Assembly: GCA_043228905.1 (NCBI GenBank)
Contig: JBHGNT010000001.1
Coordinates: forward strand, 32,364,001 to 32,428,000
Direction of reading: 5' to 3'
DNA length: 64,000 nucleotides
Source: Azolla caroliniana
Lineage: Eukaryota > Plantae > Polypodiophyta
Shown: one piece after another, positions 1-11,453 of the stretch
Position numbering within the stretch: position 1 is the first letter of the stretch
How the letters are laid out: every line of letters starts with the position of its first letter
Program-made: the position numbers and the translations under genes
Notes under the pieces: model-generated
What the model saw: the letters and a program-made list of their open reading frames with translations, nothing else
Databases searched by the model: none
Told to the model about the DNA's origin: nothing

Positions 1-1950
1 ATGGGGAGCATCCGATGGAAATGCAAGATCTAAAGTTGCGTGGAAGGTAATAACATCTCCTCACGAGGGCGGATTAGGGTTGATAGACCCAATGTTTCAA
101 TGTAGAGCATTACTTGGGAAATTTGTTGTGACAAGTATGCTACCAGGGAATGAGCCATGGAAGTCGCCACTTCATGAACGTACGAAGGAATTGGTTCCAT
201 GTAGAGGTGGACATTGGAAGTGAAATGTGAGGTGGTGGTTTGTGGTCGAGGATATGCCTTTGACTTCTATTTTCACTTCGGATAAATTTTTTAACTCTTT
301 GTTAAGAGCTTGGAAATGTTTGTTGCCTAATCTTGTGCATAAACATCCTATATGGAAGGATGAGTGGAAAAGGCAACCAATTTGCTGGAACCCCTTCATT
401 AAGGATGATTATGGTAATATGTTGGGAAGAAGGACAATATTAAATTGGGCGACGGTTGATGAGGCATTTGCGGCTAATGTTGGTACTTCGTTAAACTTTA
501 ATCAATCCTCTAGAGATGTTAAGGAACAAGTTTTAAAATCAATAAGAGGTGGTACTTTAATGTTCCAAGAGATAAGTAACGCTTGTAATAGGATTTTGTG
601 TTCTTCTTTTAATTCAAACCATGTATGGTACGGGGCGTTCTCTTCTTTTAATGTCTTTATTGGAGCAAGAGATTATACATCTAATGAATCCTTATTAGCA
701 TATATAATAGTTTCGGATGGAAAATTGCAATGGATCTCTATGGAGGATGACCTTCTCAATTTAGTGGAATGGAAGCCTATTAGGGTGGTTGCAAAACCAG
801 GGAAGGTCAACCCTTATTGATCCCCATCCTGAAAAAGTAAATCCTTTCTAGGATATTTCAGTTTGTGATAGTAAGACCTTATTGGAGTTTGAGTGGGATA
901 TGGCGAAATGGTGGTGGAGAGATGCTAATGGTAAGATGGTTTCTTTCTTTGATTACTCTGTAAAATTAGGTAGGGAAATCCAACGAAGGAGGAATCTAGT
1001 TATGTTGGTGCAACGAAGGTATCGTTAAATAATAATATTCCTATGCCTTCAGTATTGGCATTTTGGAAATGGTTGTGGGCTCTACAGATTACTCACAAAA
1101 TCATTACGTTTAGATGGTTATGTGTCCACTATGCACTTCCAATCTTGGAATGGATGCATAGGGAAGAGGGAACCAAAACTTACTCTTTTTGTGGGCGTCA
1201 CTTGAAATCAATGCAACATGCCTTATGGAATTGTATGGCCGCATGTTCTGTTTGGAAACGTATGTTGTGCCTCATTTATGTTGCATATGGACCTAATGTT
1301 ATTACATGGGGAAATGTCTTTTGGATGGACGTAAATGTGGATAAGCATAATTATGAAAGGGAAAATATATTATTTACCCTTCAAACTAGGGGAAGGCCAG
1401 TTAAGGACATACCATACTCAAGCTCAAATCAGTTGAATGTGGATGCCACAGTATGGGCTATGATAAGATATTATTTACCCTTCAAACTAGGGGAAGGCTA
1501 GTTAAGGACATACCATACTCAAGCTCAAATCGGTTGAATTTGGATGCCACAGTATGGGTTACGATATCATCAGTGGTTCTATGGAATATTTGGATAGATC
1601 GATGCAAAAATGTGTTTCAACAAATAAAGCAAAATCTTGTTCATTGTGTCTCGATTTTAAAAGGTTAATATGACTCCTTCATGGGTAATAAAGATGTGAT
1701 TTTTCTTAAACAACAATCCTTTAAATGAAAATAGAAGGATTGGTTAGTTTTTGTGGAGAGAAATGACAAAATGGATTGGCAATATGTACCCCCGCGATGG
1801 TTGTTTCCTCCATACGTGGAGATTGGTTTCAATTATGATATAATGGGGATATCTTGCCTGCCACTAGATTGTATCATTATGTGTCTTGTATATGCTTTTT
1901 GGATTGGTAACGGTAACTATGGTGTAGTTTATTTTATTTTATTTTATTTT
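1..1950 (+). mobile_element. Degenerate L1-clade LINE, ORF2 C-terminal part (post-RT region and zf-RVT-like region); runs off the left edge
   Basis: Frame-shifted translations give SKVAWKVITSP..GGLGLIDP, FWKWLWALQITHKIITFRWL..HYALP..HALWNC and ..WQYVPPRWLFPP, matching the other LINE copies in the window. Multiple stops. The 3' end is approximate. Confidence 0.8.
1367..1566 (+). repeat. ~101-bp tandem duplication inside the LINE
   Basis: ATATTATTTACCCTTCAAACTAGGGGAAGG...GGATGCCACAGTATGGG starts at 1367 and again at 1468 with only a few substitutions. Confidence 0.9.
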
Positions 1951-2065
1951 TAAAAGGGAGTGTAGACAAAATGTGCCCTTTCTGTACGGAAGTAGAGACT
2001 GCTAAGCATTGTTTGTGGAGTTGTGGTTTTGTTATGAAATGAATCATGATTCATAACATTATTAA

Positions 2066-4480
2066 TACTAGTTTATCCTCGAGCAATGTATACATGGGGA
2101 GTGGTATTGTGGGCGGTACTACAAGATAAACATATGGTATATGAACAAGAGGCGATTGCAGATGCTATAGTGATGAGACATGGTTTGATGGGAAAAAAAG
2201 TGATACCTTTGAATCCACAAATAGAGATGAATAAACCTCAAATATGGCAATTGGTAAGTAGTATTTTTTATTTATTTACTTTTTTTCCAAAAACAAACTC
2301 CTTCCATTAGTTATAAAATTTTACAAATGAGATGATTATGTACAAATCCCTGTAGGGACGTGATAGTCCCATCTTATGTGGATGCCCACTGACTCAAGAA
2401 AGGGAGAGGATGACCATTGTTGGATGAAGGCTATTCGTTGTCTTTCAACTCCATTGGAGCTGCCCTTGAGGCCATCGTATTGGCTATTTAGAGTGGCTAC
2501 AATTTCATTCCATATCTCTTGCAGTAACATTGTGGGATGCACGGTTTGGTTGGAGAAGACCCATTACACCATTGTTTCCATAGAATCCAAAGAGTTATTG
2601 GGCTGACCAATTCCAACACAACTTGAGATTTGTCATTAAGAGGAGTGAGTGGACATTGCCGATGGTGGAGAAAAAAACCTCTTGTGCTTTTATCACCAAA
2701 GTCATCCCCTCCTCCTGATGCTTGTATCTGCCAACTGGGGTCTGCCATGATAGCCAACATATATTTCCCCACTTGATTGAGCCTTGCACCTGGCATAATT
2801 GCAACAAGTGACCAACCCCCCACCATATTCGATGGGACGCTTGGTAGTCCCATAGAGCGTGTCGTATTGATTCTATTGCATTTGGACACTCTACACAATT
2901 AGGAGAGCTAAGGTTCCCACATTGCCATGCTCCCACCAGTAGTGACTTATGTATTAATAGCCATTGGAACATGGTAATTCGCCTCGCGTGTTGTTGTTTC
3001 CAGATTTTCTGCCAAAACTTGGTGATAATTGTGTGAGGAACTTGATATGTGTGCCAGACCTTTGCATCAGCCGGCTCTCGAGTAGTTTGAGCAGCAAGGA
3101 TGTGGCGACCCAATCTAGTTGTGAATTGGAAGAAAGGGATGGGTTTGCTTCCTTGCTCCGCGTAAGGATCACACCACGTCCATTGCAAAGGGTCCCAACT
3201 GACCTTACGTAGCCATGTGTTTTCATGAGTACATATGTGCCAATCGGGTTGTACTTTGATCGGATCAAGATCTACAATCCATTTATGACCAATATACGCG
3301 AGTACTCGAATTGCGTTATTCTGTGTTGGTGTCTCGGTGGCGCGCAATTCAGAGCCTTCGATCCTGTCTGGTGATTTCCTACCTCTTGGGATCAAAGATC
3401 CCTCCTCCTCGTAGCCTATCCATTTCTCCATTGTCATCCTATGAGTAGCGGCTTCCTTAATCAACAGAGCGTTATTGATTTCCGATCTCATAGTCCATCC
3501 GTCCTTGATGCCATGGAGTATGTTGGCTTGATCTTGTAGTGGCACTGACATAAACCGTCTCCAACATTCTATACTTTTTTCCAAACCTTCTACAATGTAT
3601 CCCCGTGACAAACCCTTACTTGATCCAAGTAGTTGATTAGATTCATCCTTGATACATGGGTTCCATAGGATATGTTGACTGAACCAAGCATGTTCGGAAC
3701 TCGGTTGATCGCACTTGAGCCCTCATCTAATGTCACACCATGCCTTCCACATGGATGCACTGAATCTATCCTCCAATTGGCGGGAGAAACTAGGTTTGAG
3801 ATCCATGTTTAGAATCCATCCCGTTTGGGGGGCCCAATTAACCCCTTTTCTTGGCCTAAAGTAAGTGAAACGTAACGCATTAGCATTTTCCAATAGTCAT
3901 TTCCTGGTTGGAGTCCTCGCACCACAAATTTGGCAAGTAAGGCTTTTGATTGTGAGAGGGAATCAACCAGACCCAATCCCCCTCTCAACTTAGGTGTTGT
4001 GAGTATAGGCCATGCCACCTTGGCGCAAGTTACATGATCTACCTTACCAGGCCAAATGTAGTTGCGCACCAGTCGTTGAATCTGATGTTTGGTAAGTAGT
4101 ATTACAATTTGGTATATTTAGAAGCCTCGATGTCTCAAGGTATTTCACAATGTGAATAAAAGCCCTGTCTAAATAATTTTCGAGATTTGGACAAAGATTG
4201 TGCATAATCTCAGAGGTTTGTTGGATAGTATAAAAGGTAATACGCAACAAGCAGAGCTTAAGCGATTGGAGTTGCATACCATTTGGGACATACGTATATT
4301 TTTTAAACGGTTTTCTGATAAGGTGGAGTGGTTTTACTCGGCACCAAAGTATTTATTTAAGCCGATGGGTAGAATTTAGAAAAAAAGGGAGATTTGTGGT
4401 ATATTTTGTATGTATAACCTTACATCATTTTATAATACTGATGTCGTATCTTTTTTTGGAAAAAGAAAAGAAAAGAAAAA
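2066..4480 (+). mobile_element. LINE 3' fragment (host), split by the nested LINE at 2266-4088
   Basis: Removing the insert and one TSD copy gives an in-frame read YTWGVVLW...IWQLVSSI|TIWYI*KPRCLKVF...WFYSAPKYLF. Ends in TTTTTTTGGAAAAAG... at ~4451-4480. Confidence 0.75.
2266..4088 (-). mobile_element. 5'-truncated L1-clade LINE with 15-bp TSD
   Basis: TSD TTGGTAAGTAGTATT at 2251-2265 and 4089-4103. A-rich tail on the minus strand at 2266-2286. ORF2 pieces RNYIWPGK..AKVAW..PKLRGGLGL (3809-4069) and a CxxC..ESIRHALWDY zf-RVT-like segment (2595-3611). Confidence 0.9.
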
Positions 4481-7199
4481 GGAAATACATGGTAAAGCAC
4501 GTTATGGGGCATTATCTTTATGTGTTCTATACCAATATCTCCATGCTAGACAAATGATTGCTTATCAATTCAAGTTTTTCTAGATCAATATGTAATAAAT
4601 TCAGGATTTTACCATTACCACCAACATGTTTTAAGTTTTCGGCTCTAATATTGAGCAATGGGTTTGACATTCTATTATTTATTGATGATTTTAGTTACTT
4701 TTCAATCCTTAGGTTAGTGATGGGCTTAAGATTAAGCCTATTCCTCAATTTTCGAACTAATTACATCCAGGTTCCAAGTCACTGCTTGCTATTATAAAGG
4801 CAATCAATGAGTTCACATTGTGGTTTATGTATTCCAATTTTGGCCTCACTAATTGCTATCAACTAGATACATGGAGCTTCGAAAACTAGGTAATGAAAGT
4901 CCACAATTCAGAATATAACGTATTGAATCTACAATTTATTAGATTTTGTTAATATGTACCTTAAGATTTTTGTTTTTTCTTGTGTGTGTTTGTTTGTTAT
5001 TGTTTACTAAATAAATAGCTGATTTTCTTGAGATACCCTAGGTCTAAACTGCTTTTGTAGGCCATGGTTTTTGAGCCCCATTTTTGTCCTTAGACTTTAA
5101 AGAAAGAAAGTATCACAAGCTATAGTTTTTCAATTATTAAAGAATAGCTTTTTTTAGTGCAAAACTAAGAACGTCAAGATTCAAGGTTAAACGAAATTTC
5201 AAACATTTGACATTTCTACCTACCCATCATGATATCTAAGATCATGAGTTCAAGGCCTACTCCTTCCTAGACATGCTTGAATCTTGTGCTTGAACCTCAC
5301 TTTGCTTCATTTTTGCATGTCAAACCTCTTTTCACCTTAGGAATATCTACAACAAGACCGGATAGTCTTTCTAAAATGTGAAATATCATATAAAGAATCC
5401 TCTTTTCACAAGGGCAACTTTGTGTACGTTTACATCAGCCCCTTTTATTAATTAAGAAAACTTCGAAGTTATAGAAGTTTTTCATATCCCTAGGATAAGT
5501 AGTTTCAAATGAGTGCTAGTTAGCCGTTTGTATTAGAGCCTCAGTGGGAACATGGGGCTACATTGTAAAACTCTGTCATTCATAGAGAATTATCATCGTT
5601 CCTTTTATTGTGTTTCATTATGTAAACATGCAACGTGTCTATCGAATCCTAGGCATGAAACACAGTAAGGCATTAGAGCAAAGAGTTAACAAAATAGATG
5701 CCATGCCTGTAGTAAATTATAGGTAATAGTTAACTAGGTGACAATAAAGGATACTTGAGGAAAAGGTAAAAATACTACCCCCAAAAAAGACAAAGTTTAG
5801 ACCATGTCGCATCCAACATATTAAAATTTAACACACACAAATACTTCAATGCAATACCAATATATGTTTCCATCATGTTCAATTGTCATTTATCAATCAA
5901 ATGGGTCAAAGAACTCGTACGCACTTCATGCAAATTAGCTAGCAATTATGATTGAATTTATTCCTTAGTAATTGTTTGTGAATGGTTGGTTGATGCCTTT
6001 AACTCTGAGTTGGAGAGTTTGCGTCAAAATTATACTTCAAGTGGTCCACATCAGATTTGATGGAAAGTTCAATGTGGAAATATAAATGCCTTACATTGGG
6101 GTAAATATTAAGAACTAATTGTGCAAGAGGAGACCTCACATCAATGAAGTGCACATCCAAAGGACTTACAAAAAGTTGAAGCTTTGAGGAGAGTGCTCAC
6201 CAAATTCTACTCTTCTATTTCTATTTCTATTGTAATTTGGGATGCATGCAACATGTTATGGGTATGTAATCACATTACAGACATGTCAATCAATGAATGA
6301 ACGCAATGATGTTCATATGTTTGTGTCACATTGATGTGTAACAGTTTTCTATGAAGATGTCAAATAACATTATGTCCATAAAAGAATATGAAATCAAGGT
6401 ATACAAAGATGCAGATGTATAATGTGACTACATGGATATGAAAGAACATTGTTACGAATTCATTAGGTTATAAATCTTTGGATATGACCTTGGAAGTTGA
6501 CCAAAAAGCATCCTTCATAGGCACTCAAGTGTTCGTTAATAGCCCATTATAAATCAATGTAGCCATACCACAATGTGCATGCGTGTAAGGACAAGCCCTT
6601 TAAAAAGCCACCAAAATCCCTCACTCAAATATAGAATGTGATAACCTTCTCATACTAAAAAACAACAGACAAAAAGATGGCTTGATTTCTAAAGTAAAAA
6701 AAATATTGTCGATGACATAATGCTTGTAAAAAGACAAGATGAGTACTGCAAAAATTTCAACAACTAACAAACCATTAGATATTTTCGAGTAAATTTGTAG
6801 ATATTTTAAGATGGGTTAAGCGCTCGGAATAAAATGATGCATTTTTGTTACCATTAGATAAAAAGTTGTCGTTAAGCTAAGTATTTGGAGATAGAATTGT
6901 CAAATGCTATCGATTTTGTTATGAAGACGATTACACGAAGGAAATAATAAAGTTGGTGAACCAACTTTTACGAATGGTGTGCTTAGAATTCTAACATCCA
7001 ATTAATGTCATAGATGTCACTTCACCAAAAGGCATTATAGCATAATATCTTGATTCATTGAACTCTTCTAAGTTCTAACATATGATCAATTGTACATACA
7101 TGGTAATATGTTATTCCATAAGCTAATCAAATGTACATATATATGTGAAACTATTTTCCCATGACCTAATCAATTGTACATACACATTTATTCCATGTT

Positions 7200-8510
7200 C
7201 TGGCATGTATATTCTACATTGGATGTGTGAATGTCCGCCAATATTTCGGTTATTCAAGTAGTTGCAATATCGGGGAAAAAATGGTTTTTGGATCCACCTT
7301 TCAAGAATGCTTGTTGTATTGCTCATTGTGGTTTTTTCACAAAAAACTCTTCATAATTTGGACTGGGATCCGGCTGATTATCAGTAGAAAAAGCGAAGTG
7401 TTGGTTGAAATGGTAAACATTTGGAGGTTGTGGCAAGTATATTCTGCATCGAATGTGTGGATGTCCATCAATATTTCAGTTATTCGAGTAGTTGCAAGAG
7501 AGGGAAAAAATGGTTTTTGGATCCACACTTTCAAGAATGCTTGTTGTATTGCTCAGTATGGGTTTTTCAAGAAAAACCTCTTCATAATTTGGATTGGGAT
7601 CTGCTTGATTATCAATGGAAAAAGCCAAGTATTGGTGGAAATGATAAACATTAGGACTTTTTCCAATATTCAGTTAAGCCAAGGAGAAATTTGTTGTTGC
7701 AATCAAAGTATAAATGCCCTGCTACCATGAAGCATTGGGCTAAGAATAATGTGCATGAATTGCAACTTGCGAAATTTTGGAAATGGTTATGGAGTATGCA
7801 GTTGCGAAAAAAAGTTATTTGTTTTGGTTGGCCATTGATTCATTATGCTCTTCTTGTTGGTGATTAGTTGAGGCAACATCAACAATATTCTTGTGGAATG
7901 CATTGTGGTGCACCTATTGAATCTATTTTACATGTGTTTTGGTTATGTCTCAGGATCAAGCAATTTTGGAGTAACCAAAACACATCAATTTTCTCTTTTC
8001 TCTTGGGGTGCAGTATGATGGGGTGTCCTCCATGGAGATGTTATGAGGTTTTCACTTTTTCCATGGACACCTCTCTCTCACCTCATTTCCTTTTTCTATT
8101 CGGCGGTTCAGAATTAAAAATCTAGTTATTTTGCGTATTATTACGTTGTTGGCTCTTTGAATAATATGGGAAGTGAGATGTGATTCTAATTTTAACAATG
8201 TTCAAATACATCTCTGCACTATGCTTATTGAATTATGGATGTTATTTGTCCACACACTACATGGTATATATGATGATCTACAGGGTTCTGCTGATGTTCT
8301 ATGGCAACGACAAGTGGCCTTTAAGAACCGATGGCAAGAACTTATTGCATAGTTGATAGTTATTGTTCTTCTTGTTTCATGTATGACATCATATGTTTGA
8401 TCATATGCTTATACTAGCCTTTGTATCACAATAGAAGTGAGATGAAATGTCTCCTTGTGTTTTCTCTATGTACAGTTTTCAAGTGGGTCATCTTTCTAAG
8501 AAAAAAAAAG
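7200..8510 (+). mobile_element. Degenerate LINE ORF2 3' fragment with an internal ~230-bp duplication (7201-7421 / 7431-7652)
   Basis: IRVVAREGKKWFLDP..KPLHNLDWD..YQW aligns by eye to IRIVARDERKWKVNP..KPLECLKWDPAEYTW of the 44.9-47.3 kb LINE. It is followed by FWKWLWSMQL..HYAL..CGAPIESILHVFWLC. A-rich end near 8500-8510. Confidence 0.7.
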
Positions 8511-9429
8511 TGTTATTCCATGATTTATGTAATAGGAATAATACGAGGATCTCTAACTCCAATATAAGAAGTGCAATGACTTGTGGATAACGTTGTTCTT
8601 GGATAAAAACATGTGGCACAATACCCATTCTCTTTTTTGCAACTAGTTGGATGATGTAAAGATTTGGTTCCATTGGCATAGTATGTCATGTATTATTGAA
8701 AATGTCAAACCTAGGATGATATGCAAAATATACTTGTACACCAATTACCTATGCATTTAACATTAGCTCTAGGGGCATAAAGTCATGGATTTGGGTCCTA
8801 GACACATACATAAACTTAGACCAAAACATTAGGAAGGCATCGACAGGGGAATTGACAAAGAACACAAAACCGTCACTAGAGCCATAATACACATTCATCC
8901 ATTTTATAAAAGTGAATGATGAATTTTGAGACGTCATAAGTTATAACATCAATAAGCATGTAATATTCACTATCCTAAATAGATTATGTGAGGTTTCCGC
9001 ATAAAAGTACACAAGTGATATTTTATGTCTAATGTACATATGCTCATGATATTGTATAATTCAATAGATCGATCTATTCATGATTCTAGTGTTGTTTGTA
9101 TCAAAGTACATTGACAAGGCACAATGATCCGTAAAACTCCCCATTCCATCATGACACACTAACAATGATCAATGTTTTCTATTTATCAAAAAAAATTGAT
9201 CTTGTACCCAATAGCTCATGCCCTCATGTTGGTGCCTTGATCAATAAACATGCATTGTTGTCAATTTGCTTCATGATTTTTATTTAATTGTCCTTACCCA
9301 ACTAAGTTAACTCATTGGTTGAGGGAATGCATAAAGTATTAATATAATACCATTGTCTCTTTTGTTCTTCAAGAAAAGACTATTTAACCATTGAACCAAA
9401 TTGATGGGTGCGAGTCACATACAAATATG

Positions 9430-9940
9430 TGAATATTTTAGAGGTGTTATATTGAAAGTGGTATTGGATGGTATAATTGATTTTTAATGCTATGGAAGTA
9501 CCGTGCATATCTCCAATTTATCAACTTTGAATTGGGCTGGATGGATGTACCAATGTGTGCACAAGAATCATGGCATTTCTTGTTGAAACTTGTGACTGGT
9601 CTTCCATTTCAAGGCGCCTTTCCATGATGCACTAGAATTATGTTCATTCACTACAAATAGACTACATAGCGCACTTCAAGGTTTGATTGATATTATAATA
9701 TGATCCATTTCAATCAATCAATCTCCAAAGCTTATTGATTTTATCACGCCAAGTTTATCAAGTTATGGGCTTGCAGAATGCGTATGCATTTGACTCAATG
9801 AAGCACAAATTCTCTAGTTATGGGTGGGTTTGGAATAAACCACGATGGATATATGGTTGTCCAATGTTTCAAATGTATGTTGAAAGCAGGTCTAAAACCT
9901 GATGCAACCACATTCACATGCAATATTCATTGTAATAGTG
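9430..9940 (+). pseudogene. PLS-type PPR gene relic
   Basis: Broken frames read ..KLIDF..AFDSMKHK..MGGFGINHDGYMVVQCFKCMLKAGLKPDATTFTC, i.e. the canonical PPR M..G.KPD..TF motif. The left boundary is approximate. Confidence 0.6.
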
Positions 9941-11039
9941 GACTATTTTAATACCAATGGAGGATATTTTTTATGGAAAAAAAAAGTAAGCACAATTCTC
10001 TAGCTTATAATGCATTCATGCATTCTAGTATGTATCACATGCTTTTAATTTCATAAAGTAGGTCATATTAACGTTAATCCCAAACGAAAGAATATTGTTT
10101 TCACAATCAAACTGATATATCCATACTCTACATAAACATAAGGACATTTTTAATTTCGTTTCATTCATTTGTAGGAAATCTAGTTGGCAAAACATTATGT
10201 CCAACCCCAAATGTGTTTGGAAGTTTTTTCCATGTTCGTATCAATTATCTCCAAAATGTTTAATAGGTTTATATTTCCAAGCTGCAATTTATTATTTGGA
10301 TGTTTAACATTTTGATCTCAACATTTGTGCATTTCATACACACCTAACACAGATGCATGTGCTTTTGTTGGTGCACATGATAGATGCATGTTGTTCTTGA
10401 TTTTTTACAACTTTAGATATTTAAATATAGTCAATTGCATTAAATTTTTTAAGAGAATCAACAACCTATATATATGTTATGGCCATCCATCGTATGATCT
10501 ACAAGCGCCCCAACAACCTAACATCATTTTTCCAACACACATAGCATTATTCAACATAGTTTTTAATTCATCATTACATCATCTAATGATTGAGCTAAAT
10601 GTTAAGAAGGAATAATTTGCATAACACATGAGCTTAATTCATTCAAATATAAGGGAAATGATCTTGTTAGTTTCCACTAAATAACAATACAAATACATAA
10701 TTTGAATACTCATTTTTATTACATTAATCAATGGTAGTTGCCTTTAAATGTCTCAAACTAAATATAGTTGAATGTAATCAAGGCTTCAGGACCTATTGAC
10801 GAAGATCACGTTATTCCTATATGTGCCAAGTTCCAACATTAAGAAACGATAGACAATGTTCAATGGGAACATATTTATGTAGGTATGTAGTACCATTGCA
10901 AAGAATTCACACATGGTTGTGATATTGCTACTCAAATGTAACTATCAATCTTAACTTTGTATAGGTTTCAGACTACCAGCCAGGGTATGTTGAGTATGAC
11001 TACCACCAAGATATGTATTCTCTTGGATTGCAAGAAGTT

Positions 11040-11130
11040 GTTTACATATTGAGTATGGTTATAGTGAAAAGCTTTAGTATATGTGGAACCAAGTTCAGCC
11101 AAATTTGGCTGCAACATGAAGTTTTTTAGA
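11040..11130 (+). pseudogene. Short probable PPR relic
   Basis: HIEYGYSEK(AL)..MWNQVQPN after a 1-nt frameshift resembles the PPR helix GY..HG..EEAL..F..M...V.PN. Confidence 0.35.
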
Positions 11131-11400
11131 GACCCTAACAAGGGGCAATTGAAGATAGGATTCAGACGATTCGTATTACAAACATGGTCTCATAGAATGT
11201 AATGGTGATAGATATCATCGAACATGGAGATTTTGATGTTTTATCTTGCCAAATGCCAAAGCTTATATTTGGTCCTATCTTTGATCATATATACTTGTGG
11301 AGTGGAAACTATTATGTACTATTTGTATATTGCCTTTGGCATTGTTAATTTTAATACCAAGGGAGCATTTTTTTGGGGGGGGAAACCTTGTATAGGTTTA

Positions 11401-11402
<2 letters not shown>

Positions 11403-11450
<48 letters not shown>
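11403..11450. repeat. (TG)24 microsatellite
   Basis: Perfect dinucleotide run, flanked by TAGGTTTATT on both sides. Confidence 0.95.

Positions 11451-11453
<3 letters not shown>

Noticed and set aside
11150-11240. DYW-domain remnant (TIRIT..)
   Set aside because: No HxE or CxxC zinc ligands are recognisable.
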